The notes under the pieces: generated by a model
Databases searched by the model: none
What the model saw: the letters and a program-made list of their open reading frames with translations, nothing else
What the model was told of the DNA's origin: nothing
NCBI GenBank assembly: GCA_038087875.1
Contig: CM075994.1
Location: forward strand, 10,542,001 to 10,606,000
Direction of reading: 5' to 3'
DNA from: Malacoraja senta
Taxonomy: Eukaryota
Length of the DNA stretch: 64,000 bases
Made by a program: the position numbers and the translations under genes
Part shown: piece by piece, positions 1-13,101 of the stretch
Numbering within the stretch: the first letter of the stretch is position 1
Layout: each line of letters begins with the position of its first letter

Positions 1-212
1 GAGCTTGAAGTTGATTCTGTACCATACAGGGAGCCAGTGGAGAGAGGCCAGAATCGGGGTGATGATGTGGTCCCTTTTACGGGTACCCGTCAGAAGTCTC
101 GCTGCGGCGTTTTGGACCAATTACAGGCGGGACAGGGATGATTGGCTGATGCCAGTGTAAAGGGATTTGCAGTAATCAAGGAGGGAGGAGATGAATGCGT
201 GGATGATTTTTT
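1..212 (-). mobile_element. L2-clade LINE ORF2 fragment
   Basis: Minus strand reads ...IIHAFISSLLDYCKSLYTG...LVQNAAARLLTGTRKRDHI..PILASLHWLPV, the typical L2 post-RT region; degenerate. Confidence 0.7.
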
Positions 213-1406
213 CAAGATCGTTGAATGGAGAATATGATACGATTAACTTTATTTATCCCGGGAGGGAAATTAATTTGCCAACAGTCATAAAAAAAAAACA
301 CGACAAAGTACATGAAACATAGCGTAATACAGTGCAGAAACGGGGCCCAACGCGCCCACATACCGGCCAACAATGCCCCAGCTACCCTACTCCCACTTGC
401 CTGTGCTTTGTCCATATCCTCCAAACCTGTCCTACCTATCCATGTTACCTGTCCAACTGTTTCTTAAATGATGGGATAGTCCCTGCCTCAACTACCTCCT
501 CTGGCAGCTTGTTCCATACACCCACCATCCTCTGTGTGAAAAAGTTACCCCTCGGATTCCTATTAAATCTTTTCCCCTTCACCTTCAACCTGTGTCCTCT
601 GGTCCTCGATTCCCTACTCTAGGTAAAAGACTGTGCATCGACCCGATCTATTCCTCTTGTGATTTTGTATTCTCTGAGATCTATACCTCTATACAAAATC
701 ATGGATGAGAGGAGATCTCATTGAAACATATAAGATTATTAAAGGTTTTGGACACACTAGAGGCAGGAAACATGTTCCCGATGTTGGGGAGTCAGCAACC
801 GCCATTTAATGTGATCATGGCTGATCATCCACAATCAGTACCCCGTTCCTGCCTTCCTGTTTTCTGTCTCTAATGTGTCCAAACACTTAATAATCTGGTA
901 TGTTTCAATAAGATTCCTCTCATCCTTCTAAATTCCAGTGTATACAGGCCCAGCCGCTCCAGTCTATCAACGTATGACAGTCCTGGGAATTAACCTTGTG
1001 AACCTACGCTGCACTCCCTCAATAGCAAGAATGTCCTTCTCAAATTTTGGAGACCAAAAACTGCACACAATACTCCAGGTGTGGTCTCACTAGGGCCCTG
1101 TACAACTGCAGAAGGACCTCTTTTGTCCTGTACTCAACTCCTCTTGTTATGAAGACCAACTTACCATTCGCTTTCTTCACTGCCTGCTGTACCTGCACGC
1201 TTACTTTCCTTTACCTAAAATTGAAGAAGTCAATGTTCGTACCATTGGGTTGTGAGCTAACTGCCCAAGTGGGATTTGAGGTCTGCTCCTCCAGTTTGTG
1301 TGTGCACTAGGAGGTAGCCTTGCTTTTGTGGACGTTCACTGCAGATAACTATCCGACTGGTGCTAGTCCGAGACCAAAGCACCAAGCGGAGGTGGCATGT
1401 ATACTA

Positions 1407-1772
1407 AAGGGCCGTCATTTGCAACCTCATTTACGCGTCATATGTAAAATAGGTCGCGTGCAAAGCACGCATCAGCACATCCGTCTGGTGCGCGTGCCGT
1501 CATTAGAATACCCTGTGGCGTGCGGCAACGCATGATTACTGATGTTGACATCACCATGCGATACAGGTGAAACGTCGGGACGCCAGCGTGCGACGCCAAT
1601 TGCGTCAGCGTGCGTGTGCGTTACGTCACACTATGAAATCCTGGCGTGACCGCAAGCGATTCCACGCCAGACATTGCGCAAGGCGTGCGTCACCCACGTG
1701 CACCCCACGCATCACGACGCATCGACCTATTTTACATATGATGGGTAAATGAGACGTGGGACCAGGCCCTTT
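1407..1772. mobile_element. Degenerate palindromic MITE, probably PIF/Harbinger-like
   Basis: Internal inverted repeat tcatatgtaaaataggtcg / cgacctattttacatatga; right end gtgggaccaggccc resembles the TIRs of the elements at 15094 and 19439. Confidence 0.5.
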
Positions 1773-1838
1773 TTTTAGTGTTGGTGGGTGGGGACGATGT
1801 ACGTTAACCTCCGTCACCATTCCGTGAATATTTAACAG

Positions 1839-2004
1839 CTATGCACCATAGACCAGACGCTGGCTTCATCCCGCAAGAGGAAGCGACGGACCAGCATTGA
1901 TAATAATGTGAAGGAGGCGCTGGAGAATTTCTTCACCGTCTGCCCAAAGCCATCCACCCAGGAGATCTCCAAGATTGCAGATGACCTAAAACCTGGAAAA
2001 GGAC
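1839..2004 (+). CDS. POU5F1: Class V POU factor (Oct4), penultimate exon: linker and homeodomain helices 1-2; apparent +1 frameshift near the 3' end
   Basis: tttaacag acceptor; LCTIDQTLASSRKRKRRTSIDNNVKEALENFFTVCPKPSTQEISKIADDL, then NLEKD if one A of 1988-1991 is removed; donor gtgagt at 2005. POU5F1 rather than POU5F3 is assigned from linkage to TCF19/CCHCR1. Confidence 0.88.
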
Positions 2005-2361
2005 GTGAGTAGCACAGAGGAGTAGGAATTGGATAGGGACCAGTCTGGTATGAATAGACAATAGGTGCAGGAGTAGGCCATTCAGCCCTTCGAGCCAGCA
2101 CCGCCATTCAATGTGATCATGGCTGATCATCCCCAATCAGTACCCCGTTCCTGCCTTCTCCCCATATCCCCTGACCCGTTAAGAGCCCTATCTAGCTCTC
2201 TCTTGAAAGCATCCAGGGAACCGGCCTCCACCGCGCTCTGAGGCAGAGAATTCCACAAACTCGCAACTCTCTGTGAGAAAAAGTGTTTCCTGGTCTCCGT
2301 TCTAAGAATAGGAAAGCTGTTATGTTAGACAAGTCGGTTCAGTTCAGTGTAGTCTATTAAG

Positions 2362-2651
2362 ATTAGAGATGCAGCGCGGAAACAGGCCCTTCAGCCCACC
2401 GGGTCCGTGCTGACTAATGATCCCCGCACACCAGGGACAATTTTTACATTTACCAAGCCAATTAACCTACAAACCTGCACGTCTTTGGAGTGTGGGAGGA
2501 AACCGAAGATCTCGGAGAAAATTCACGCAGGTCACGGGGAGAACGTACAAACTCCGTACAGACAGCACCCGTAGTTGCGATCGAACCCGGGTCTCTGGCG
2601 CTGCATTCGCTGTAAGGCAGCAACTCTACCGCTGCGCCACCGTGACCGCCC
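2362..2651 (-). mobile_element. tRNA-derived V-SINE (HE1-like)
   Basis: Minus strand has A box ggtggcgcagcggtagag, B box gggttcgatc, V-domain-like core and CR1-like tail gggcctgtttccgcgctg. Confidence 0.75.
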
Positions 2652-3459
2652 CACATTGTCATGTGTACCGAGTGTACAGTGAAAACTTTGTCGCGTGCTA
2701 TCCAGTCAGCGGAAAGACGATACATAATTACAATCGAGCCATTTACAGCGTATAGATACAAGATAAGCGAATATCGTTAAGTGCAAGACAAAGGCAGCAA
2801 ACTCCGATCAAGGATCGTCCGAGATGAAATGTGCAGGAAGACGTGGTCTACGTTTTTGGACCTATTACAAGCATGAGGTGCAATAGTAATTTAGAAAAAC
2901 AAATAAATAAATAAAAGGTATCTGGACCTGGTAATGGGAGGTAAAATAAAAACAGACTTGGTTGGTAGTTCCTTCTCTATGAAGTATGGTATAAGAATTA
3001 TAATAGAGCGATTGTTCCTTCTTTCTTTCTCTTTTTTTTTCTAGGGTCTATTTTCTAACTTTACTTCCTTCTCTAACTTCTTTTCTAAGGGGCTTTCTTT
3101 TCCCAACACTCTTTTGCACTTCACAACCTTTGTGCACTTTCTTCACTTTTCTTACTTCTTTCTTTTTCTTTCTTAAAGTTTAAAAAAGTGAAGCGGTACA
3201 AAAAATGTATTAATATATACGTGTTGTACATTACTGTAATCTACCGTACTTCTAAAAAATAAAAAATAAAAAAATAAAAAAAGAAATGTGCAGGAAGGAA
3301 CTGCAGGTGCTGCTTTAAACCGAAGATAGACAAACAGCTGGAGTAACTCAGCGGGGCAGGCAGCATCACCGGAGAGCAGGAATGAGTGATGTTTCGGGTC
3401 GAGGCCCTTCTCCAGATTAGTTAGGGATAAGGGAAAAGAGAGATATAGACGGGGATGGA

Positions 3460-4235
3460 GTCATAGATTAATACAGTGTGCAAACAGGCCCTTCGGGCCC
3501 AACTTGCCAACAATGTGCCAGCTACCTTAGTCCCACTTGCCTGCGCTTGGTCCATATCCCTCCAAACCTGTCCTATCCATGTACCTGTCCAACTGTTTCT
3601 TAAACGTTGGGATCGTCCCAGCCTCAACTCCTTCCTCTGGCAGCTTGTCCATACACCCACCATCCTCTGTGTGAAAAAGTTACCCCTTGTATTCCTATTA
3701 AATCTTTCCCCCTACACCTTGAACCTATGTCCTCTGGTCCTCGATTCCCCTACTCTAGGTAAAAGACTGTGCATCTACCCAATCTATTCCTCTCATGATT
3801 TTGTACACCTCTATAAGATCTCCCCTCATCCTCCTGCGCTCCATGAAATAGAGACCCAGCCTACTCAACCTCTCCCTATAGCTCACACCCTCTAGTCCTG
3901 GCAACATCCTCGTAAATCTTTTCTGAACCCTTTCAAGCTTGGCAATATCTTTCCTATAACATGGTGCCGAGAACTGAACACAATATACTAAATGGGGTCT
4001 CATCAACGTCTTATACAACTGCAACATGACCTCCCAACTTCTATACTCAATACTCTTACTGATGAAGGCCAAAGTGCCAAAAGCCTTGTTGACCACCTTG
4101 TCTACCTGCGACTCGACCTTCAAGGAACCATGCACCTGCACTCCTAGATCCCTCTGCTCTACAACACTACCCAGAGGCCGACCATTTACCGTGTAGGTCC
4201 TGCCCTGGTTCGATGTCCCAAAATGTAGCCCTCAC
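3460..4235 (-). mobile_element. CR1 LINE 3' fragment
   Basis: ORF 3755-4141 with RPHLVYCVQF..KLERVQKRFTRMLPGL, followed by CR1 3' UTR. Confidence 0.85.
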
Positions 4236-4369
4236 ACTGAACAACGAATGAAAGATATGCAAAAAAGAAACAGGCCATTGTAAGCTGTTTGTAGGGTGAA
4301 AATGAGAAGTTAGTGTGACTTGGGTGGGGGAGGGGATAGAGAGAGGGAATGCCGGGGCTACCTGAAGTG

Positions 4370-4950
4370 AGAGAAATCAATATTCATACCCCCAGCTGCC
4401 CAAGCGAAATATGAGACGCAGTTCCTCCAGTTTGCGTTTAGCCTCAGTGTGACAATGGAGGTGACCGAGGACAGAAAGGTCAGTGTGGGAATGGGAAGGA
4501 GAATTAAAGTGTCCAGCAACTGGGAGATCAGGTAGGTTCAGGCGGGCTGAGCGAAGGTGTTGTGCGGAACGATCGCGCAGTCTGCGTTTGGTCTCGCCGA
4601 TGTACAAGAGTCCTCATCTTGAACAACGGATACAGTAGATGAGGTTGGAGGAGGTGCAAGTGAACCTCTGCCTAACCTGAAAGGACTGTCGGGGTCCGTG
4701 GACAGAGCCGAGGGAGGTGGTATAGGGACAAGTGTTGCATCTTCTGCGGTTGCAGGGGAAGGTACCTGGGACAGGGGGGTGGTTTGGTTGGGAAGGGACG
4801 AGTTAACCAGGGAGTTGCGAAGGGAACGGTCTCTGTGGAAGGGGGTGGAGTTGGGAAGTCTGAAGGAGGGTCTCGACCCGAAAAGTCGCCCATTCCTTCT
4901 CTCCGCAGATGCTGCCAGTCCCGCTGAGTCACACCAGCTTTTTGTGTCTC
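4370..4950 (-). mobile_element. Penelope-like element, GIY-YIG endonuclease fragment plus terminal repeat
   Basis: YIGETKRRLRDRSAQHL...VAGHFNSPSHS GIY-YIG motif preceded by a Cys-rich linker. Confidence 0.8.
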
Positions 4951-5010
4951 TTCATTAACCCTGTGTGTGCGCGTGTATTAACCCCGCGTGTGTGCGTCTC
5001 TCCTCGGCAG

Positions 5011-5265
5011 GTGGTCAGAGTCTGGTTCTGTAATCGACGGCAGAAGGGGAAGCGGGCGGCGTTCCAGTATGGGGACGAGTTTGTGGAGCTCGCCGGTTAC
5101 GGAATGCCCCCTCTGCAGCCCCGCTGCCGGGCGGGTTCGGGGCGCAGGGGCTACAACGGGGCTGCCATCTCCACCGCCACCCTCTACGTTCCCCAGGCGG
5201 ACTCGTACCACTGCAGTGCGGCCGCGCAGGCTGCCCCACTGGCCAGAACAATGCACTCGAGTTAG
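5011..5265 (+). CDS. POU5F1: Class V POU factor (Oct4), last coding exon: homeodomain helix 3 and C-terminal domain
   Basis: Pyrimidine tract and cag acceptor at 5008-5010; VVRVWFCNRRQKGKR; ends ...ARTMHSS*, like the MHSN end of Oct4; TAG at 5263-5265. Confidence 0.92.
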   Translation: MVRVWFCNRRQKGKRAAFQYGDEFVELAGYGMPPLQPRCRAGSGRRGYNGAAISTATLYVPQADSYHCSAAAQAAPLARTMHSS

Positions 5266-5704
5266 GAACCTGTGAAGCCCAACACCCCTGGCGGGCAGTA
5301 TTGGAGACCAGCGCCCAGCATACCACCTCGATGGACAGCGTTTTACATGGTGTCAGGAGAACCTATTTGAAGTGGGTTTGTGGACTGGCTGCAAATCGAA
5401 CTTGCTACTGCCCAGTACTTTTAATCCTTTTAACCAAGGGGAGGTTCTGATTAAATGGACAATAATCAGAAATGTGTACAATACGGAAATTTTATGGCAG
5501 AAAATCCAGGAGAGACTGCAGAGGCAAGAGGCAGCATCTATGGAATGAAATTAATGTCTGGGTTTGACGATCCTTTTCCAGAAGTCGATTCCACGTATTC
5601 TCTGGTTGCCTTCACCCCACGGACTAACTCGGAAACGAATTTCCAGCTACTTGTTTTCCGACATCCTCATTTAACCTACATCCTCATTTAATAACGTTAT
5701 GCTT

Positions 5705-6025
5705 AAGAAGGAACTGCAGATGCTGGAAAATCAAAGGTAGACAAAAATGCTGGAGAAACTCAGCGGGGGAGGCAGCATCTATGGAAGGAAGGAAATATGG
5801 TGTCTGAGAGTTGGCGCGCGGCCTCAGACTTGTCGAGATCAGCGTTCCAGACTACTGCGGCACCTCCCTTGTCGGCCGGTTTGATCACCCAGTCTGGGTT
5901 GTTGCAGAGTGAGTGGAGGGCTGTACGTTCAGTCTGAAGAAGGGTCTCGACCCGTAACGTCGCCTATTTCCTTCGCTCCATAGATGCCGCCTCACCTGCT
6001 GAGTTTCTCCAGCATTTTGTCTATC
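5705..6025. mobile_element. Penelope-like RT fragment flanked by inverted terminal repeats
   Basis: Minus strand ~5830-5930 encodes ERTALHSLCNNPDWVIKPADKGGAAVVW (PLE RT motif); flanks 5705-5797 and 5931-6025 are inverted copies of the same repeat. Confidence 0.75.
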
Positions 6026-6653
6026 CTCATTTACTAACAGTCACTTAAGAAACACAAAGGAGTGCATCGTTGTTTAGCAAGCAGAGTGCTGGAGTAACTC
6101 AGCAGGTCAGGCAGCATCTCTGGAGGTCATAGATAGATGACGTTTCGGGTCGGGACCCTTATTCAGACCTTTGTCCCCAATCTGTCTTCTCCAAGGATGC
6201 TGCCTGACCTTGCTGAGTTACTCCAGCATTTTGTCTCTTTTTTTTTGTAAACCATCATCTGCAGTTCCTTGTTTCTACTTTGAGAATTCTACCAGTGTTT
6301 GGCCTGAAACATTAACTGCTGTTCTCTGGCCTGCATGTTTTCTGATTATTATTCTGGACTTCAGGCATATTCAGTTTAATTTTTGTTGTTAAATAACCTC
6401 ATAGATATCTCTTTTATTAATATTGCCAACAGCGTGCTGAGGCAGTACTGGAATTATTTTTAATAGTTTTAGCTTCTTGTTATGGTGTTCATCTCAATCT
6501 TTGTTCTTTACAAATGTTGATATATTTTGTCTGATAAATGATATTTGCAGGATCTAGTGTTAATTATGTTTACTTACTTTGATGCATGTTATTCCTTTCA
6601 CTGATAAGTCAAGCTCTCCACTTGAAACTCTATAGTTTCACAGAACTGTCCCA

Positions 6654-7338
6654 ATAGACAATAGGTGCAGCAGACGACCATTCGGCCCTTCAAGCCAGCA
6701 CCGCCAATCAATGTGATCGTGGCTGATCATCCCAATCAGTGCCCCTTCCTGCCTTCTCCCCATATCCCCTGACTCCGCTATCTTTAAGAGCCCTATCTAG
6801 CTCTCTCTTGAAAGTATTCAGATAACCGGCCTCCACCGCCCTCTGAGGCAGAGAATTCCACAGACTCACAACTCTGTGTGAAAAAGTGTTTTTCCTTCCT
6901 CTCCGTTCTAAATGGCTTACCCCTTATTCTTAAACTGTGGCCCCTGGTTCTGGACTCCCCCCAACATGGGGAACATGTTTCCTGCCTCTAGCATGTACAA
7001 ACCCTTAATAATCGTATATGTTTCAATAAGATTCCCTCTCATCCCTCTAATCTCCAGAGCATACAAGCCCAGCTGCTCCATTCTCTCAGCATATGGCAGT
7101 CCCGCCATCCTGGGAATTAACCTTGTACGCTGCACTCCCTCAATAGCAAGAATGTCCTTCCTCAAATTTGGAGACCAAAACTGCACACAACACTCCAGGT
7201 GTGGTCTCACTAGAGCCCTGTACAACTGCAGAAGGACCTCTTTGCTCCTATACTCAACTCCTCTTGCTATGAAGGCCAACAAGCCATTCGCTTTCTTCAC
7301 TGCCTGCCGTACCTGCATGCTTACTTTCATTGACTGAT
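6654..7338 (-). mobile_element. CR1 LINE 3' fragment
   Basis: [25 protein letters not shown]1 3' UTR and (ctattgt) tail. Confidence 0.85.
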
Positions 7339-9664
7339 GGACAGTTGGAGAATGGCGTTGGAGGTTCTTCAATTGTTCTGCAATGAACCACCAAACATTC
7401 AATGGGCTAAATGACTCGTGTTGCATGGAAGTAGGGAAACCACCCGCTGTTTGTCAAACTTTAGTTCAGAGATACAGCATGGAAATGTGCTCTGAGTCCA
7501 CACCAACCATCGACCACCTGTGCACACTAGTTCTACGTAATCACACTTTTGCTTCCTACACAATATAGGGGAAATTTACAGAGGCCAGAAGCCAATTAAC
7601 CTACAAAACTGCACGGGCATGTCTTTGGGATATGGGAGGAAAGCAGAGTACCTGGTGGAAACCCACGTGGTCACAAAAAAATGCAAACTCCCTACTGACA
7701 GCACCTGAGGTCAGGATTGAACCTGGGTCTCTGGCGCTGTAAGGTAGCAAGTCTACCACCCACAAAAAAACCCAGCCTGACCCAAAATACCCACATCCTG
7801 GCTAGAATGTATTTTTAAATCTTGGACATACAGAAGAACTTACCATATTCCAAATGTCTTCTAGAAGATGTATATATTTTCACACTGAAGTCTGGCTCAG
7901 CCAGTGGCACCTAGGAATAGACTGGGTGACAACCAAGAATAGTTTGGTGCCTACTGGAGAGACAGTTGACGGCACGGAAAGATGGCACCCGGGACAGGCT
8001 GGGTTAGCACCCCAGTGTCTTTCGTGAGAAAGTCACCCAATCAATCCATACCAACAATACTCAAATTCTAGACTAGGACCTCTTGTCCTTAGACATAAAT
8101 ACTCCATCTCCTGAGTTTTGATTTTTAATCACCAATCTGCTTTATAATGCAATTCTAGACAAAAGGAGAAATTGGGGGGGGGGGGAAGGGAAGAGCTAGG
8201 ATTTAACCTTCATTGCACATTTGTCTTGATTGAAAGATACAGCATGGAAACAGGCCCTTAGGTACCCAATAAAAGCTACGGAAAGGCCTAATGAACCGCC
8301 ATGGCCTAAAAAATTCATCAGGCAAGAATGAAATGCACGGAGAAGGAGAAAGAGGTGCAGCGCACAGGCCTTGAACGTGGCGAGACGCAGGAGGAGCCCG
8401 GCCTGGACTCACCCCACAGAGCCAGCACTAGAATCTCCTAACCCCTGCAGAGTGGTTATCAAGATGGCTGATCCGTGGGCGGCTGCTGCTGGGGGGACGC
8501 AAGTCGGGGCCTGATCAACTCCGGCTGGGTCGCCAGGGCGAGGGTGTCTGATGTGAGACTCGAAACACCCGATGACCACAGATCACATCACTGAGGATGC
8601 GTCCCAGCGCATCTAGAAGATGTGTATTTTTCACAATTTTATTCCAATGTGAAACTCTTGATGCCAGGTACTATTGACCCTGGATCTGGATGTAAAACGC
8701 TGAACAGCTCCAGGTAGAGCATAACTCAGCACTATGCTCAATAAATAAGATGATAAATTGAGGATAATCTGAAAAATCCTGGAATATTAAAGTAAGGAAG
8801 AGTGCAGTTTGAGACTGACCAGAGGCTAATGTTATTTTCAAAATGGTGCAGGAAACCTTCACCTTTTCTGTCACCATTCACCCTGCATAACATGATTATG
8901 TAGTTCCACAAGCAGATTCCATTATTCATGTCCCCCTTAACATGCACGCACAAACAAAGACAATGGATGCTCTGCCTTTGAAAGACATTGAATCAAAGCT
9001 GAGCCTCTGCCTGAGATTTGTTTGTGATTTTCAGCAGGGGGCAGAAGCTGCAACCACAGCACATAATGCTCTTTTCTCCCAACCAGAAGGGCCAATTGAT
9101 TGAAGCAAATCAGCCAGGTAAACCACTTCAGCAGGCTGTGGAATTCTCTGCCTCAAGAGGCCAGTTCTCTGGATATTTTCAAGAGAGCTAGATAGGGCTC
9201 TTAAAGATAGCAGAGTGAGGAGATATGGGGAGAAGGCAGGAACGGGGTACTGATTGTGGATGATCAGCCAATGGCGGTGCTGGCTGGAAGGGCCGAATGG
9301 CTTACTCCTGCACCTATTGTCTATTGTCATCGACACCCAGCACACTAGGGGCAATTTATAGAGGCCAATTAACCTACAAACCTAACGTAACGCAAGATTT
9401 TTATGTGTAGGAGGAAATTGCAGATGCTGGTTTACACCGAAGATGGACACAAAATGCTGGAGGAAGTCAGCGGGACGGTCGGCATCTCTGGCTAAAAGGA
9501 ATGGGTGATATTTTGGGTCTGGAGGAAGGGTCTCTACCTGAAACGTCACCCGTTCCTTCGATCCAGAAACGCTGCGTGTCCTGCAAGATTTGATGGGGCA
9601 AGGTGGGGTTATGAGGAGAGGGGAGAAACTACTAATGCATAGAGGAACCTTGATATTGTGTCTG

Positions 9665-10210
9665 AGGTAGACAAAAATGCTGGAGAAACTCAGCGGGTGA
9701 GGCAGCATCTATGGAGCAAAGGAAATATGCAATGTTTCAGGCCCAAACACTTCTTCAAACTGATGTGGGGTGGGGCTGGAAGAAGAAAGGAAGAGGAGCC
9801 AGAGGGCTAGAGGGAGAGCTGAGAAGGGGAGACGGTAGGGACTACCTGAAATTAAAGAAGTCAATGTTCATACCGCTGGGGTGTAAACTGCCCAAGTGAA
9901 ATATGAGGTGCTGCTCCTCCAATTTCCGGTGGTCCTCACTCTGTCCATGGAGGAGGCCCAGGACAGAAAGGTCGGATTGGGAATGGGAGGGGGAGTTGAA
10001 GTGGTGAGCCACCGGCAGATCGGGTTGGTTATTGTGAACCGAGCAGAGGTGTTGGGCGAAGCGATCGCCAAGCCTGCGCTTGGTCTCGCCGATGTAGAGC
10101 AGCTGACACCTAGAGCAGCGGATGCAATAGATGAGGTTGGAGGAGGTGCAGGTGAACCTCTGCCGCACCTGGAAGGACAGCTTGGGTCCTTGGATGGAGT
10201 CAAGGGGGGG
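9665..10210 (-). mobile_element. Penelope-like element, GIY-YIG fragment with terminal repeat
   Basis: ORF 9842-10168 FTCTSSNLIYCIRCSRCQLLYIGETKRRLGDRFAQHL. Confidence 0.85.
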
Positions 10211-10852
10211 GACAAGTGTGGTATTGTGTCTGTTGTGTTGTATCCAACAATTACAATAAAAGGCTCCACCGCTCCGTGATTTAATTTATTCAACATCGGC
10301 AGTGGTATACAGCAAGAATCTTTCTACAATCAGAGAAACAAGCAAATGATAAGTTGTAATAATGAATGGATTCATAATTAATGCAGTCCACAACCAAATC
10401 TATTCAGCCAGTAAAGATCCAGTGCAATTTACAAAATGCTTGTACAATGTGATAACTTTGAAAATACAATATATACGTTATGCTGATTTGTTATGTAGCT
10501 GATTTTTTTCTTTTTGGTTATAACCTGATTTTCAGACGTAACTGCACAACCACCCACCCAGAATACCACATTCCTCTTCAAATAAGAGAAGATTGAATAA
10601 TAATTACTAACGTGGTTCCCTCAAAGACTTGTGCTTAAAGGGCTCGTAAAAAACGGATGAATAAAAGCATTAAAAATAATAAGCAGATTTCATACTGTAA
10701 TTATAGTACAATGGAACAGCAGAGGCTGGTTTACGGAAAAAGACACAATGTGCTGGAGGAAATCAGGGGGGCAGGCAGCATCTCTGGAGAACGTAGGTTA
10801 TGTTTCAAGTCTGAGCCCTTCTTCAGGCATATCAGTCTAAAGGATCTCAACC

Positions 10853-11047
10853 TGAAACGTCACCTATCCATGTTCTCCAGTGATGCTGCCTAGCCCACGG
10901 AGTTACTTCAGCACTCTGTGAAACGTCACCTATCCATGTTCTCCAGAGATGCTGCCTGATGCAGAGTTATTCCAGCACTCTGTGAAATGTCACCTATCCA
11001 TGTTCTCCAGAGATGCTGCCTGACCCGCTGAGTTACTCCAGCACTTT
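10853..11047 (+). repeat. 3 x ~65-bp tandem repeat of Penelope terminal-repeat sequence
   Basis: tgaaacgtcacctatccatgttctccagagatgctgcc...cagcactctg occurs three times in tandem. Confidence 0.8.
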
Positions 11048-13101
11048 GTCCGCTTGGTACTGTAATTGTTATGCCAGGGCATGCATCAATCCTTACCAAC
11101 AATACTCAAATTCTAGACTAGGACTTCTTGTCCTTAGACATAAATACTCCATCACCTGAGTTTTGATTTTTAATCACCAATCTGCTTTATAATGCAATTC
11201 TAGACAAAAGGAGAAATTGGGGGTAGGGGGGGGGAAGAGCTAGGATTTAACCTTCATTGCACACTTGTCTTGATTGAAAGATACAGCATGGAAACAGGCC
11301 CTTAGGTACCATGACGCAGTGACAGAAATGTCACCCAGTCCTTCTCTCCAGAGATGCTGCATGTCCCGCTGAGTTACTCCAGCATTTTGGTGTCTAAGTA
11401 CGAAACCTATCCTGGGCCACCAATGCCACCTCTGGGCCTCATCACCAGCCCTGTGGAGACAACCATATCAATGGAAGGTCGACAAAAATGCTGGAGAAAC
11501 TCAGCGGGTGAGGCAGCATCTGTGGAGTGAAGGAATATTCCATCGCTCCATAGACGCTGCCTCACCCGCTGAGTTTCTCCAGCATTTTTGTCCATCTTCG
11601 ATTTCCCCCCCCCCAGCATCTGCAGTTCCTTCTTAACGATATAAATACAGATCAAGGATCCAATTAGTTGCAAGGAAAGAGCATATATTGACGATTTCAC
11701 ATTTACAAGCGGAAATTATCTACACCCACTTAAATAACTACCATTTTCGTGAGCTTGTGGAGGAAGGAACTTCAGATGCTGGTTTATACCAAAGATAGAC
11801 ACACAGAGTGCTGGAGCAACTCAGCGGGTCAGGCACCACCTCACCTGCTCCTTTTCTCCAGAGAATCAACCGGAGTTGCTCCAGAGAATCACTTTGTGTC
11901 TAATGTTATGATCCTATTTTCCTCATGTTCCAACACATGAACTCCATCTCAATTGGATTTTACTGCATTCCTTTATAATATAACTTTAAAAAAACAGATG
12001 AATTTACTCCCCGACATCATAAAGTTTGTTATAACGTTAAAAAAAAAGTTCCAACTTGCAACCCAACAGGTATATGTACAAAGATAGACAAAAATGCTGG
12101 AGAAACTCAGCGGGTGCGGCAGCATCTATGGAGCGAAGGAATAGGCAACGTTTCGGGCCAAAACCCTTCTTCAGGTAAATGTACAAAATAATTAAGTTTG
12201 AAAGATAAGTTGAAAAGGGTCTCGACCCGAAACGTCGCCCAGTCCTTTGCTCCATAGATGCTGCCTCACCCGCTGAGTTTCTCCAGCATTTTTGTCTACC
12301 TTCGACTTTTAATAACATTTGTTTTGATGATGGTATCTCTGGATACTTTCAAGAGTCTAGACTCGTGTTATGAGTCATGCTTTGGTTGCTTTTACAGTAG
12401 TCCTTCCCTGCCTGTTCCCTTCAGATTTAGAAAGAGGTGCTAGCATGAAGTTATATATGCTATGTCGTTAATAAAGTCTTTGGACCGTTATGATGGTGTA
12501 AGGCTTCAGTTATTACAACAGCCGAAATACAACAAAGAGAGAGCTAGATAGGGCTCTTAAAGATAGCGGAGTCGGGATATGGGGAGAAGGCAGGGATGGG
12601 GTACTGATTGGGGATGATCAGCCATGATCACATTGAATGGCGGTGCTGGCTCGAAGGGCTGAATGGCCGACTCCTGCACCTATTGTCTATAATGTATGGT
12701 CATATTTGATTTACTATTGTCAAAGAGTTATTTATATATCAAACTGTCTTGACTCAGTGCCGATACACAGAACTTTAAAAAAAAATAAAGCTGATGGCTT
12801 TATCATTTGGTTCAAATTTGAAAGGAAATTTGCTTCAATAAAGGCCAGACACACTCTGCTTAAAACAGCATCACACAGAGGCAGATAAACAGTGAGAATT
12901 CAATCGTGCCACAGCAGGGGAAGGAAGAAAGAGGCAAGATAAAGAAACTGGGGAGCATTGAGCTAATCTACATCGTGATCACTTGGAAGCAATGTAGGTA
13001 GCCAGCTGCTAACAAAAGCAGGAGGGAAGTATGAACTGATTCTTTGAAGATTCATTACACTTGCTGGGTTTTTTAAAATGTGGGGGTGGGTGAAGAAAAT
13101 A

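Noticed and set aside
5400..6600. CPE-like TTTTAAT/TTTTAT motifs in a putative POU5F1 3' UTR
   Set aside because: The UTR end cannot be defined and such motifs are expected by chance in AT-rich DNA.
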